Shown: piece after piece, positions 39,370-48,580 of the stretch | Numbering within the stretch: the first letter of the stretch is position 1 | Layout: every line of letters starts with the position of its first letter | Virus record (IMG/VR): IMGVR_UViG_3300029928_000010 | Strand: one strand, 5' to 3' | From: a virus | Length of the DNA: 64,000 nucleotides | Made by a program: the position numbers and the translations under genes | The notes under the pieces: generated by a model | The model's database searches: none | What the model was told of the DNA's origin: nothing | Seen by the model: the letters and a program-made list of their open reading frames with translations, nothing else

Positions 39370-39786
39370 TTAAACAATCATATTACTTTCAAGCCCTAAT
39401 CCGAAGAGAAGGTGCTGGAGCTGATGCAAATACTTAATGCCTGGCAGTATCTCCTCCCCACATGCGAAGACAGAAAAGCCCTTGCATTGAGGATAATAGT
39501 GTAAGTCTAGTGATACTCTATCATTGCTGAACACATACCACTCGAAGCCATCCTCATCTCTGTGGCATTCTGTGAACTCCCATCCGTTTGCTTCAAGAAT
39601 CTCTGGAGTGAGAGGTATGCCATCTATCTCTTCTTTCAAGGAAGCTGCCCAAACACGGTTTTCTCCACCTTTTTCAAGAACTCTTACATAAATATCATCA
39701 GTACTTCTAGCGTACGACTCCACCATTGCACGCTCACCTCCAAAATATATCAAATCACCAGGGATATACAATGTACTCATAATCAA
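39370..39786 (-). CDS. Hypothetical protein
   Basis: 138 aa. Confidence 0.35.
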   Translation of the reverse strand: MIMSTLYIPGDLIYFGGERAMVESYARSTDDIYVRVLEKGGENRVWAASLKEEIDGIPLTPEILEANGWEFTECHRDEDGFEWYVFSNDRVSLDLHYYPQCKGFSVFACGEEILPGIKYLHQLQHLLFGLGLESNMIV

Positions 39787-40154
39787 TCCTCCACTTTATC
39801 ATAGTCCTTCACCTCTCGGATGAACTTATATACATTGATTCCGCAGTCTATCACCTTCATGTTGTTCTTTACTGCATCGGCGATGAGGTGCTGATTATTC
39901 TCGCTGAAACCGCAGACGATGGTGCCATCTTGCGTATAGAGATAGCTGTTACGAAACTCTCTGGCACAGGGGCAGAGATGGATTCCTGCATCCTTGATTT
40001 GCTTGCGCACATCGGGGTTGTTGATGCGGATGAAGGTGAACTTTCCTTTCTGCTCGTAGTACTTGCGGTAACGGATGCGGTCGTATATGATTACGCCGAT
40101 GCTTGCTGTGATGGATGCTATTGCTAGCAGAGCCAAGAATGTTTCTGTTGTCAT
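39783..40154 (-). CDS. Membrane-anchored hypothetical protein (start shortened from the ORF track)
   Basis: The internal Met (MTTETFLALLAIASITASIGVIIY...) starts 7 nt after the upstream stop at 40162. The longer ORF to 40352 would overlap its neighbour by 190 nt. Confidence 0.35.
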   Translation of the reverse strand: MTTETFLALLAIASITASIGVIIYDRIRYRKYYEQKGKFTFIRINNPDVRKQIKDAGIHLCPCAREFRNSYLYTQDGTIVCGFSENNQHLIADAVKNNMKVIDCGINVYKFIREVKDYDKVED

Positions 40155-40161
40155 AGTCTTG

Positions 40162-40833
40162 TTACTTGTTTGATGGTTTATTTTTGATGATTCCTCGCTC
40201 GTCTCGCTCTGGGTATAGCTCTTCGTTGACATCATGGAGCTTGACGGATGCGAGTTTGTGAGTGGCAGGATCGAGACCTGCTTTCTCGCAGTAGATGTTC
40301 CAAGCTTCCAAGCCATGGGGCTTCTTGGCTTCCTCGGCTTTCTTGCGCTCACTCTCTTGCTTCATGTGTTCCTCTTCCCTCTTTCCACGTGCTACAAGAA
40401 GGTCTTTCTCATAGTCGATGAGGGCTTTCATGATGTCTTGCGGATTGATGACGCTCGTCTCACGGTCGTGGTTGTAGTGAGTCAGTTTGCCATACGTGCC
40501 ACTAGCAAAGGCGATGAAGGCGTAATCGAGTTCGGCAGGAGTCCAATAGAAGAACTTGGTGCAGATTCTGGTGGCTAGCACCTGTATCTGGTATTCGGTG
40601 GCGATGTCGAATGCCCCAAGATAGGTGAAGAGTTCTATCAATCGTCCCTTGACCCATCCGATGAGCGGTTTCAAGCCTCGCTCCTTCTGCAAGGTTAGCA
40701 TACTCTTAGGATTGCGACTGACCGCCTCACTGATGGACATGGGACGAATGTAACCAGGCTTATCTTGGATTACTGGTATCAGTGAGGATTCTCGCTGCTT
40801 TTGAAGCAAGGCTGATAGTTCGTTGTTGCTCAT
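40162..40833 (-). CDS. Hypothetical protein
   Basis: 223-aa ORF. The start may be an internal Met, since there is a 74-nt overlap with the upstream gene. Confidence 0.35.
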   Translation of the reverse strand: MSNNELSALLQKQRESSLIPVIQDKPGYIRPMSISEAVSRNPKSMLTLQKERGLKPLIGWVKGRLIELFTYLGAFDIATEYQIQVLATRICTKFFYWTPAELDYAFIAFASGTYGKLTHYNHDRETSVINPQDIMKALIDYEKDLLVARGKREEEHMKQESERKKAEEAKKPHGLEAWNIYCEKAGLDPATHKLASVKLHDVNEELYPERDERGIIKNKPSNK

Positions 40834-41230
40834 AATTTGTCTTGTTTATGATTTCATCGTTCCAACACTCGCCGTTGAGGTAAGTGAGGGGGTCTTTCTG
40901 AAATTGCTTTTCTTCGATGGATGCCACATAGGAAGGTGTGGCTTTCATACATTCTATCTTATCAAAGTCGGATAGTTTGTTCCACTTGGCTTCGGCTTTC
41001 TTGCGACCACGTTTCTTGTTGTAGGCGTTCCACCATTCATCGAAAGTCGGGATGGTTAACATAGGGCAAAGTTTTTCACCATGCACCATCATTGGCTCAA
41101 ACATATTGCTTTCCTTGTAGTAGCGACCTGTGAGAGCGTAGCGTGCTCCTTGGATGAAAGCTTCTTGCTGTAGCTCGTTGTCGGGGGCAAATTTCTTTGC
41201 CTCGGCATTGATTTCTGCTAATGTTTTCAT
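40760..41230 (-). CDS. Hypothetical protein
   Basis: 156 aa. Confidence 0.35.
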   Translation of the reverse strand: MKTLAEINAEAKKFAPDNELQQEAFIQGARYALTGRYYKESNMFEPMMVHGEKLCPMLTIPTFDEWWNAYNKKRGRKKAEAKWNKLSDFDKIECMKATPSYVASIEEKQFQKDPLTYLNGECWNDEIINKTNYEQQRTISLASKAARILTDTSNPR

Positions 41231-41255
41231 AAGCTTCTATATTTTTTAGTTGTTA

Positions 41256-41687
41256 CTAAACCCAACCGCTGCCTGAGCTTTCCAGCTCTCGCTTGCAGTA
41301 GTCGATGCTGATTTTATCCTCTTGCTCTGGTATCGGCGTTCCGTTCATCGAAGCGTAGTCGAGGAAGTTTCGGATAACCGATGATGCCTCGGCGGTAGTG
41401 AGGGCAGAGAGAGGCTTGAACTTATCATTGCCTTGTTTGTCTTTCTCGCCTGTATAAAATGGCACTGGGCATACGTGCAGTTGGAGATTGCGCAAGGTGC
41501 TATAGAAGGTCTCTCCGTTCTTCATCGCCCAATAGGAAATCATGAAGTGGATGTAACGCTGCTGATTGTCGGTCTGGACTGGATGGAACTTCTTAATCTC
41601 TAGCTTGTACTTGCATTCCTTGGCTTTCTCTACTTCCTTGACTATCTTCAAGTAATCACGAGGATCATTGGGATTATATACACTCAT
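41256..41687 (-). CDS. Hypothetical protein
   Basis: 143 aa. Confidence 0.35.
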   Translation of the reverse strand: MSVYNPNDPRDYLKIVKEVEKAKECKYKLEIKKFHPVQTDNQQRYIHFMISYWAMKNGETFYSTLRNLQLHVCPVPFYTGEKDKQGNDKFKPLSALTTAEASSVIRNFLDYASMNGTPIPEQEDKISIDYCKRELESSGSGWV

Positions 41688-41704
41688 AACTTAAATCAAA
41701 TGTT

Positions 41705-42433
41705 TTAGAATAGTGGGACTTCCATGCCTTTTCGGGCGTAATACGTTGGCTTACCTGTGAGTCGCTGAATGCCTTTTTCGGCAATCTTTGGGTCGAGGTG
41801 TCGGGCTGAGCCGTGGATGAGGACGATTTGGTGGGCTGTGCGCCATGCCTCACACTGCTCTAGCCATGCGATGCAATGACCCATGCTCATGTGGGATAGG
41901 CGAACTCGGTCGGCTTGGCTGCGTGGGGTCTTACCCTCTTGGACCGCCTTATCCAACAGCTCGTCAGAATAGTTGCACTCGGCAAGAAAGATGTTGACAC
42001 CCTTGATTATAAAGTCGAGGTTGTAGCAATCGGTGGCGAAGAAGATGGTGCCAACCTCTGGGTGATAGATGAGATAACCGAAGTTTGGCACATCGTGCTT
42101 GACATCGAAAGGGGTTACTCGGAACTTACTGTTGCAGCCAAAGTGGTAGGTCCGACCTGCGTCCATGATGCAAACTTGGTCTTTGTAATGATTAGAGACA
42201 TCTACATTAGAGAAGACTCTTAAACCTGCCTTGACGTATTCGGGGATATACTTGGCATGGTCGCCGTGAACGTGGGACACAATTACACCTCTTATTTTGC
42301 TCGTATTGTAGCCGATGGCTTTCTTAACCTCTCTGAGCGGCACGCCCGCTTCGAGCAGCAGGATTGCTCCTGAATCTGCTCGAAGGGCGTATGAATTGCC
42401 TTTAGAGGATGAGCCTATGATGATTAAATCCAT
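41705..42433 (-). CDS. Metallo-beta-lactamase-fold hydrolase
   Basis: 242 aa. HxHxDH motif (SHVHGDHAKY), downstream His/Asp residues. Confidence 0.55.
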   Translation of the reverse strand: MDLIIIGSSSKGNSYALRADSGAILLLEAGVPLREVKKAIGYNTSKIRGVIVSHVHGDHAKYIPEYVKAGLRVFSNVDVSNHYKDQVCIMDAGRTYHFGCNSKFRVTPFDVKHDVPNFGYLIYHPEVGTIFFATDCYNLDFIIKGVNIFLAECNYSDELLDKAVQEGKTPRSQADRVRLSHMSMGHCIAWLEQCEAWRTAHQIVLIHGSARHLDPKIAEKGIQRLTGKPTYYARKGMEVPLF

Positions 42434-42442
42434 TGCTCTAGT

Positions 42443-43417
42443 TTATTTGAAAGGGTTGTCGGATGGCTTCGCTGGCTCAGCGGAAGCATTGACCGTATTT
42501 TCTGGAGAAGGAGGCAAGTTTGGTGCCTCGGTATTGTTAGATGGCTGAGAAGGATTGATTTCTCCTGTCTCGGCATCGACAATGAGGACTTCCTTTGCCT
42601 CGGCAAACTCTGCGTCTCGCTGCTGCAAGGCGGTAGGCTTCTCATCGGCATTGATAATCTGCTCGGCATCAACGGAGAGTTCTCCCCACTTGGTGAGAAG
42701 CTGACGGAGCACGGTCTTCTCTGCCATGTCTTGGAATCCTGCGTACCAGCCCAAGCCTCCACCTTCGCCATTGACAGACTGCTTGATGGCTACCTCCTTC
42801 AAACCTTGCCAAGTAATCTTGTTGTTGAACTTGACCGTTGGCGAGAAGGTCTTGGCGAACTTGCAAACATCGTCTAGGCTCATATACATTATCTTCTCGA
42901 AGCCCGATGTTTCCTTGAAGTAGGCGAAGTAGCCAACTGGTACATCTGATGTCTTGGTTCCGCTCACATCGAGTGCGCCCGTAATCTTGTCGAAGCCCTT
43001 GAACTCGCCTTCGTAGATGGTACCCTTGTTGATGTTGGTGTATTTGTTGGTGCGAAGGGCGAGGTTAACGTAACCTCTTGTACCGATAACGAGGGTTGGG
43101 GTCGGAACGAGCTGACCTGTTGCCTTGTCTTTGTTCTTGAAGACGATGATGTAAGCCTGTCCTAGCTGCTTATTGATAGGCAAGCGCAAACCTGCTGCCT
43201 TGACCGCCTCGCTCATGAGGGCGTTGGGGTCGCATTGCATCAGCTGAGGGTCGGAGGTGAAGAGTTCCATCAAGCTTGTGGTGAATGCTCCTTTGTTCTC
43301 CTTCATCGTATTCTCCAAGAGGGTCTGGTAATAACTATTGTTCATCACCGCTTGGAAGTTCTTTACTGCAAGAGCCTTCTGGGAAGGCTGCTTTACTGCT
43401 ACTGCTGTATCTGCCAT
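42443..43417 (-). CDS. recT: RecT-family single-strand annealing recombinase
   Basis: 324 aa. Core QAYIIVFKNKDKATGQLVPTPTLVIGTRGYVNLALRT… is characteristic of RecT/Red-beta. Acidic low-complexity C-terminus. Confidence 0.6.
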   Translation of the reverse strand: MADTAVAVKQPSQKALAVKNFQAVMNNSYYQTLLENTMKENKGAFTTSLMELFTSDPQLMQCDPNALMSEAVKAAGLRLPINKQLGQAYIIVFKNKDKATGQLVPTPTLVIGTRGYVNLALRTNKYTNINKGTIYEGEFKGFDKITGALDVSGTKTSDVPVGYFAYFKETSGFEKIMYMSLDDVCKFAKTFSPTVKFNNKITWQGLKEVAIKQSVNGEGGGLGWYAGFQDMAEKTVLRQLLTKWGELSVDAEQIINADEKPTALQQRDAEFAEAKEVLIVDAETGEINPSQPSNNTEAPNLPPSPENTVNASAEPAKPSDNPFK

Positions 43418-43419
43418 GA

Positions 43420-43677
43420 TTATTTCTCCTCTTCTTTAGTTGGTTTATCGTTTGACATCTGCTTGCTGATTCCAAGAAGTGCGAGCGTAGCCATCGCTGC
43501 TCCCATTTCTGGAATTTCATTAATTGTACTTTCAGATAACTCCACGCTATCATGTTCGTTAAGCCAAGCCTTTACTTCGCTTGAAGGTGTATTGTCTTTC
43601 ATACCTCCACCTAATGCTAGCATTCCCTTGATGAGGTCTTTATCGACCTCGATTGTCAACTTTAATGTATCTGCCAT
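43420..43677 (-). CDS. Hypothetical protein
   Basis: 85 aa. Confidence 0.35.
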   Translation of the reverse strand: MADTLKLTIEVDKDLIKGMLALGGGMKDNTPSSEVKAWLNEHDSVELSESTINEIPEMGAAMATLALLGISKQMSNDKPTKEEEK

Positions 43678-43705
43678 ATTACTTACTACCTACAATAGTA
43701 GGAAT

Positions 43706-43915
43706 TTATTTAGTTAAATATTTGATTAATTCTTCTTTTGTCTTGAAACATTCGCTTTCCTTCTTTGTCGGGAAGACAGCGAACTTGTATTGTATGCTAG
43801 ATGGTGACTCGCCCATCTGTTGGAAGAATACTCCCACGATGTTGGCACGGTGGATTTTATATCCATCCAACAGATAGACGGCATCACCTATGTTATATTT
43901 GGTATTAATTTGCAT
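43706..43915 (-). CDS. Hypothetical protein
   Basis: 69 aa. Confidence 0.3.
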   Translation of the reverse strand: MQINTKYNIGDAVYLLDGYKIHRANIVGVFFQQMGESPSSIQYKFAVFPTKKESECFKTKEELIKYLTK

Positions 43916-43925
43916 AAGAACGAAC

Positions 43926-45953
43926 TTACTCCATTACTGCTTTGGCTGGTGTCTCAATCTTCAACTTCTCGTCTCGACTTACGTAGAGGCGTATCTGCTG
44001 ATAGCCATCCTTGGCGATTGGATGAAGGTTGCTCTCACATTCATCGAGTATCATCGGCACGGACACATCGTAGAACTGGGCGATGGTATAGGCGATGTCG
44101 ATTCCTGCATTGACTTTGGCTGCACCATTGAGACGGCTGTAAGGCACGCCATCGTGGTAGCACTCACAGAATGGCTTCTTGTCGCCATCAAGGTTTGTCT
44201 TGAACAAACTCCACTGCACGAAACGGAAGTGCTTGTTTACCTCCTCTTCGAGGAGTGAGCAAGAATGCTGATAGTAGTCGGTGGCGATGTCTAGCTTCTC
44301 GTCCAACTCGTCCAACTGATTCTGATAGGTCTCTTTGTTTTTCTTGCACTCTTCGATGAGGGAAGTAACCTTGTCGTACTGCTCCTTGTTTAAGTATCGA
44401 AGCTGGAGGGAAGAGCATTTTTCGTTGAGCGTCTGGCTTTTCTCTTTCAGTTCGGCGAGCATCTTCTGCTGTTCCTCATCCTCGGCTACAGGCTTGCTGA
44501 GTTCTTCCTGCAATCGGCGTGCTTCCTCGTTGGCTTGCTTGTAGTTGTCGTTGGCTGCAAGGATTTCAGAGGAAGACGGAGGATTTTCAGCTTCCACCTC
44601 TGCAAGATGCTTCTCTGCCTCTTTGAGTGCCTTGTGGGCTTCGATGAGCTGATTCGTGGTCGTGGTGCGGTCTTCATTCAACTGCTCCAAGAGGGCTTGA
44701 TGCTTGGTGATGTCGCTCTTGATATTGCCAGCCAAGGCTACCAAGTTCTTCAATCGCTTTGCCTTGCGCTCGTTGAAGCGGTCTTCGGAATCTCGCTTCA
44801 TCTTCAAGACTTTCTCAGGTTGGAGAGGTTGACCGCAATGTGGGCAGAAGGAATCTTCATCATTCCACTCCCACTGCTCGGCTGACGCTTCATCGTATAG
44901 CTTTGCGCCGTCCTTCTTTTGTCTTTCTAGGTCTTCCAACTGCTGCTTGATGTGAAGTTCGGTGTCGGTGAATCCGTCCATCTTGGCTTGGAGTTCATCG
45001 ACCATCGCCTGTGCCTTAGATTGGGCGGTTCGGGCGGTGATGAGGTCTGACCCATGCTTTACCTCTTCCTCGCCAGACTGCTTGCGTGCGCCTCGCTCCA
45101 TTTGCTCTATTCGCTTTAGCTGGAAGTTGAGCTTCTCACGAATGGCGTTGTTGCGAACCAAGTCTGCCCCTCCTGTCTTGATCGTGGTTACCTGAGCATC
45201 GACTTCATCGAGTTGCTTCTTGGCTTCGGCTAGGCTGCTTGCCAAGGCTTCCCAGTCTTCGGCTTCGGGAAGGGTCTTGTTTAACTCCTGCAAGCGGATT
45301 GGTACTTCATCAAGCTGCTTCTGAATCTCGGAACGCTTGTACTTGATATGGTGTACGAGGGTTTCGATGTCTTGCTTCTTCAAGGCTTCGAGGACGAAAT
45401 CGTACTTGGCATCACCCTCGGTGATGGCATCGGCAGTAATCTCGGGAACGAGCATCTGCAAGAACTTGCGCTGCTCTGCCCATGGACGAGATACGAAATC
45501 GGTGGCTGAGGAGCACAAGCGGAAGGTAACTTCTGGGCAAATGCTATCCACACATTTCTTGAACTCGCTTGCGGTGCAGACCTCATCGTTGATGAAGTAC
45601 TTATAGGTGTTGGTACACTTGTCACCTTTCCACGAATCGGTCAATGTGCGCTTGAAGGTGAAATCATCGTGCTCGCCTGGAATATCGTCAGGCTCGATGC
45701 AGCGGAGGGACAACTCTACGCTGTGCTCGATTTCGGGGATGATGTTGTGGTCTCGGTCGAATGTCTTGATGTCAAGGGCATTGCCTTTGAGGTCGGTGCC
45801 GAAGAGGACGTAGGTGAGGGCATTGGCGATGGTCGATTTGCCCAATCCGTTCTTTCCAGATATAATCGTGAGGTCTTCGCCGAAGTTTATCTCTAGCTCT
45901 CGGATTCCACAAAAGTTGAGAAGCTTAATCTTCTCGAATAGGATTTTCTTCAT
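43926..45953 (-). CDS. SbcC/Rad50-like SMC ATPase
   Basis: 675 aa. N-terminal Walker A GKNGLGKST. Long coiled coil with a central CxxC zinc hook (FCPHCGQP). C-terminal signature/Walker B region (…ILDECESNLH). Confidence 0.6.
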   Translation of the reverse strand: MKKILFEKIKLLNFCGIRELEINFGEDLTIISGKNGLGKSTIANALTYVLFGTDLKGNALDIKTFDRDHNIIPEIEHSVELSLRCIEPDDIPGEHDDFTFKRTLTDSWKGDKCTNTYKYFINDEVCTASEFKKCVDSICPEVTFRLCSSATDFVSRPWAEQRKFLQMLVPEITADAITEGDAKYDFVLEALKKQDIETLVHHIKYKRSEIQKQLDEVPIRLQELNKTLPEAEDWEALASSLAEAKKQLDEVDAQVTTIKTGGADLVRNNAIREKLNFQLKRIEQMERGARKQSGEEEVKHGSDLITARTAQSKAQAMVDELQAKMDGFTDTELHIKQQLEDLERQKKDGAKLYDEASAEQWEWNDEDSFCPHCGQPLQPEKVLKMKRDSEDRFNERKAKRLKNLVALAGNIKSDITKHQALLEQLNEDRTTTTNQLIEAHKALKEAEKHLAEVEAENPPSSSEILAANDNYKQANEEARRLQEELSKPVAEDEEQQKMLAELKEKSQTLNEKCSSLQLRYLNKEQYDKVTSLIEECKKNKETYQNQLDELDEKLDIATDYYQHSCSLLEEEVNKHFRFVQWSLFKTNLDGDKKPFCECYHDGVPYSRLNGAAKVNAGIDIAYTIAQFYDVSVPMILDECESNLHPIAKDGYQQIRLYVSRDEKLKIETPAKAVME

Positions 45954-46245
45954 TGTTGTTATTGTTTTGGGTTTCTAAATTCTGTTTCTCTTCCAACTCT
46001 GCATTGTACTGCATAAAGGCATTGGCGGTAGCAGCCACAAACTCTTCGCTATGACGCATGGCTGAGAGGATAAGGCTCTCCATGTCTTCCTGCGGTGCGT
46101 GTATGTAAGAGTATGCTCGCTGCTCTTGCTGGTCGCCCATAAGCATGATGCAGCGGAAATGCTTTGCGTTGTCGCCTACCTTATCCACCTTGTCAAGGAT
46201 ATGCTTGATTTGGCGGAAGAAGTTTTGCTTGATGTTCTTTTTCAT
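45925..46245 (-). CDS. Hypothetical protein
   Basis: 106 aa. Confidence 0.35.
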   Translation of the reverse strand: MKKNIKQNFFRQIKHILDKVDKVGDNAKHFRCIMLMGDQQEQRAYSYIHAPQEDMESLILSAMRHSEEFVAATANAFMQYNAELEEKQNLETQNNNNNEENPIRED

Positions 46246-46260
46246 CTTGATTATTTTTAT

Positions 46261-47064
46261 TTAGTCTTTTGTTTCTTTTGGCTTATATCCCAGTCTATCA
46301 AGCATCTTTCTAATGTAATCAAGACCTTTTTGATAAACCAAAGTTTTTATGAAGATTCTAATCTCCGAACCGCAGTTTTTCTTGGTCTCTATGGTTCTAA
46401 AATATCCTGCATCTATATACTTTTGATAAGGAAGGTTATTCGGCAACAAGACCTTTTGCTCTCTAAGTATTGCAAACAACTTATTTCGTCCAATTGATAC
46501 GTAATTTAAGGTATTTGCAACAGCCTTCATTTCAATAGCATCTTTACTTTCCGCAACAGAATCAAAGAACTCAACTTTTGGGGCATCAACTATGGCTTTC
46601 GCTTCAAGTTGTTTAATTCGCTCTTCTCTTCTTTTGAGAGTAGCCTGTGCAACAAGTAATGCCCTTGCCATCAAATCTTCTTCGGTTTCATCGTCCCTCA
46701 TTACCATATATCCGCCATCTTGGCGAATGCTTGGCAGTATCTCTGATGTTACCCATCTTTTAAACTCTTTGGCTTGCGGTAATTTACTTCCGAAAATCAG
46801 AGCATAAAGACCAGATTCATTAACGAAAGTCATTTCTACCGTCTGGATTGCATCTGTTCCGTCTGCTTTCTTTCCTGTAACTACCCCTATGCCCTGTTTT
46901 AGGGCATCCCCCTCGTCAACGTGAGCTGACACTGCATTTTGAGGTTTTGCGTACCCTAATGCCTTACAAACATCACTTGCACAGAACAGAGGAGCTTTTT
47001 CCGTTCCTTCAATTCGTATAGTACCGAATAAAGGATTAATTTTCTTCAAATGAATGTCGTTCAT
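46261..47064 (-). CDS. Phage antirepressor (Bro-N plus KilA-C type)
   Basis: 267 aa. N-terminal Bro-N-like FGTIRIEG…PLFCASDVCKALGY. Confidence 0.5.
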   Translation of the reverse strand: MNDIHLKKINPLFGTIRIEGTEKAPLFCASDVCKALGYAKPQNAVSAHVDEGDALKQGIGVVTGKKADGTDAIQTVEMTFVNESGLYALIFGSKLPQAKEFKRWVTSEILPSIRQDGGYMVMRDDETEEDLMARALLVAQATLKRREERIKQLEAKAIVDAPKVEFFDSVAESKDAIEMKAVANTLNYVSIGRNKLFAILREQKVLLPNNLPYQKYIDAGYFRTIETKKNCGSEIRIFIKTLVYQKGLDYIRKMLDRLGYKPKETKD

Positions 47065-47534
47065 AAGCTATCTTTTAGTTTCTTTACTTCTTCCTCATAA
47101 TGCTTGATGAGCATCTGCAATTCAAACAGAGACCATTTCTTTGTTTCAAATCTACGAGATTCTAACAAATCAACTTGCTGTTCTCCGTATTTTTTAACCA
47201 TCCACTTTCTGTACTCTAGCATATTTCCGTCTAAGTACCGATTACAGTACCTACAGCCTATGTGGCAATTCGTTTCCGACCATCGCAAAGCCATACAAGA
47301 CCTTTTTATGTAATGCGCACAGTCAGCTTGCTCGAATGGTTTCACCTTTCCGCAAGTTGGGCATCTAAAATACTCAAAATTATATTCCTTGCTATCACGA
47401 AGACGTATAAATTCCGAGAACACAGAATCAAGTTTGCGAATAAGCGTAGGCTTGCTAAGTCCTGCTCTGGCTGCTTTCTTCTCCCAAGGAGCTTTCTCTT
47501 TCTTATCTTTCTTTGGTTTCTTCTTCCAAAACAT
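47061..47534 (-). CDS. NinG/Rap-like recombination protein
   Basis: 157 aa. FSEFIRLRD…CPTCGK…DCAHYI…C…C pattern typical of the lambda NinG family. Confidence 0.45.
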   Translation of the reverse strand: MFWKKKPKKDKKEKAPWEKKAARAGLSKPTLIRKLDSVFSEFIRLRDSKEYNFEYFRCPTCGKVKPFEQADCAHYIKRSCMALRWSETNCHIGCRYCNRYLDGNMLEYRKWMVKKYGEQQVDLLESRRFETKKWSLFELQMLIKHYEEEVKKLKDSL

Positions 47535-47536
47535 AT

Positions 47537-47731
47537 CTATTCTTCTTTTTGGATTTCACTACTTCGGATTGCCTTCCTTATGCTGTTAATCTTAGAGTTG
47601 AGGATGGAGATCCGTCTATAACATAGCTCGAAGTGCTCTAGTGGACACCAAGGGTTTCTTTCGAGCTGCTTGTATATGTCGTACACCCTTTGCCGATATG
47701 AGGCTAGGGTGGTCTTTGTTAAGTCTATCAT
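47537..47731 (-). CDS. Hypothetical small protein
   Basis: 64 aa. First gene of the leftward early operon. Confidence 0.35.
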   Translation of the reverse strand: MIDLTKTTLASYRQRVYDIYKQLERNPWCPLEHFELCYRRISILNSKINSIRKAIRSSEIQKEE

Positions 47732-47762
47732 ATTGTATAATTGTTTACAGATTTATTTAAAT

Positions 47763-47790
47763 CCTGCCTATCCTCACGGACTGGCAGGGA
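47763..47790. promoter_or_regulatory. Hairpin A: 7-bp stem tcctgcc/ggcagga, 14-nt loop TATCCTCACGGACT
   Basis: Read directly from the sequence. Partner hairpin at 48581-48608 has a different stem but a near-identical loop. Confidence 0.5.
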
Positions 47791-47862
47791 GTTGCTTTTT
47801 CAAATTCAAAATTATGAATTGCTGTGCCGCTGCACATAGCTTCTATGCGTGTAATGAGATAG

Positions 47863-47972
47863 TCCTCGCAGTTGGACTTGAACCAACGACCAAGTTGCAC
47901 GGTTTGATAAGAATGCGTTAAGGATTTACACCTCTGTTACGTGCTTGCTCTAACCAACTGAGCTATGCGAGG
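47863..47972 (-). tRNA. tRNA-like element with a 31-nt insertion in the anticodon region (possible pseudo-tRNA or intron-containing tRNA)
   Basis: Minus-strand acceptor CCTCGCA/TGCGAGG. U8A9. D-arm GCTC-AGTTGGTTA-GAGC. T-arm GTTGG-TTCAAGT-CCAAC. The anticodon stem GCACG/CGTGC encloses 38 nt instead of 7. No CCA is encoded. Confidence 0.35.
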
Positions 47973-48030
47973 AATGTTGAGGGCATCGTGCGCAACCACG
48001 AATTTAAGAGCCATGCTCACCCTCCTTTAT

Positions 48031-48104
48031 CTACAATAGTAGAAATTTTCAGAAAATGCAAAAGTAGTATATCAGTTATCTACTATAGTAGAAATTTTGA
48101 TTAT
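48031..48104. repeat. Two direct copies (about 22/24 identical) of a palindromic CTAC(A/T)ATAGTAG-AAATTTT site; a third copy lies at 43688-43713
   Basis: atctacaatagtagaaattttcag (48031) and atctactatagtagaaattttgat (48081), compared with acctacaatagtaggaatttatttag (43688). Confidence 0.5.
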
Positions 48105-48387
48105 GGCTAAACAATCAACATTCACTCTACTTGCACTCTGCATTTCTGAATATATTGTAAGGACTTAATAACTTCTCTTTTTTCCAATGTGTCAAAGAAC
48201 ACTGCTATTGCTAGCTTAGATTGTTACTGATGCACTATATATAATAAGGTGTAAGGTAAAAGGTGTTGGTAGAATGTTCGCCCACAACATTTCCTTATGA
48301 TTTAGGGTTTCCCCATGGACTTTATCGCAGCTTTTGTCACCCCAACCGAACGAGATATTATAATAACAATTCACCAATAACGAATAG

Positions 48388-48459
48388 TGGGAAGTAGAGG
48401 AGTTGAACCTCTGTAGCTTAGCGAACCGCACAGCATCCTAACCGTTAGATGAACTTCCC
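48388..48459 (-). tRNA. tRNA-like element with aberrant anticodon arm
   Basis: Minus-strand acceptor GGGAAGT/ACTTCCC. T-arm AGAGG-TTCAACT-CCTCT. D-arm ATC-TAACGGTTAG-GAT. The expected 17-nt anticodon arm CTGTGCGGTTCGCTAAG does not pair canonically. Confidence 0.3.
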
Positions 48460-48580
48460 GATAACTCTCCTATCTGTCACAGACGAGAGAGTGATATGAA
48501 TCAACGTAAGCACCGCTGTGCCATTAAATCTATAGAAATACTTATATATTTTACTAACATTCATGTAGTTTCTTTTCAAG

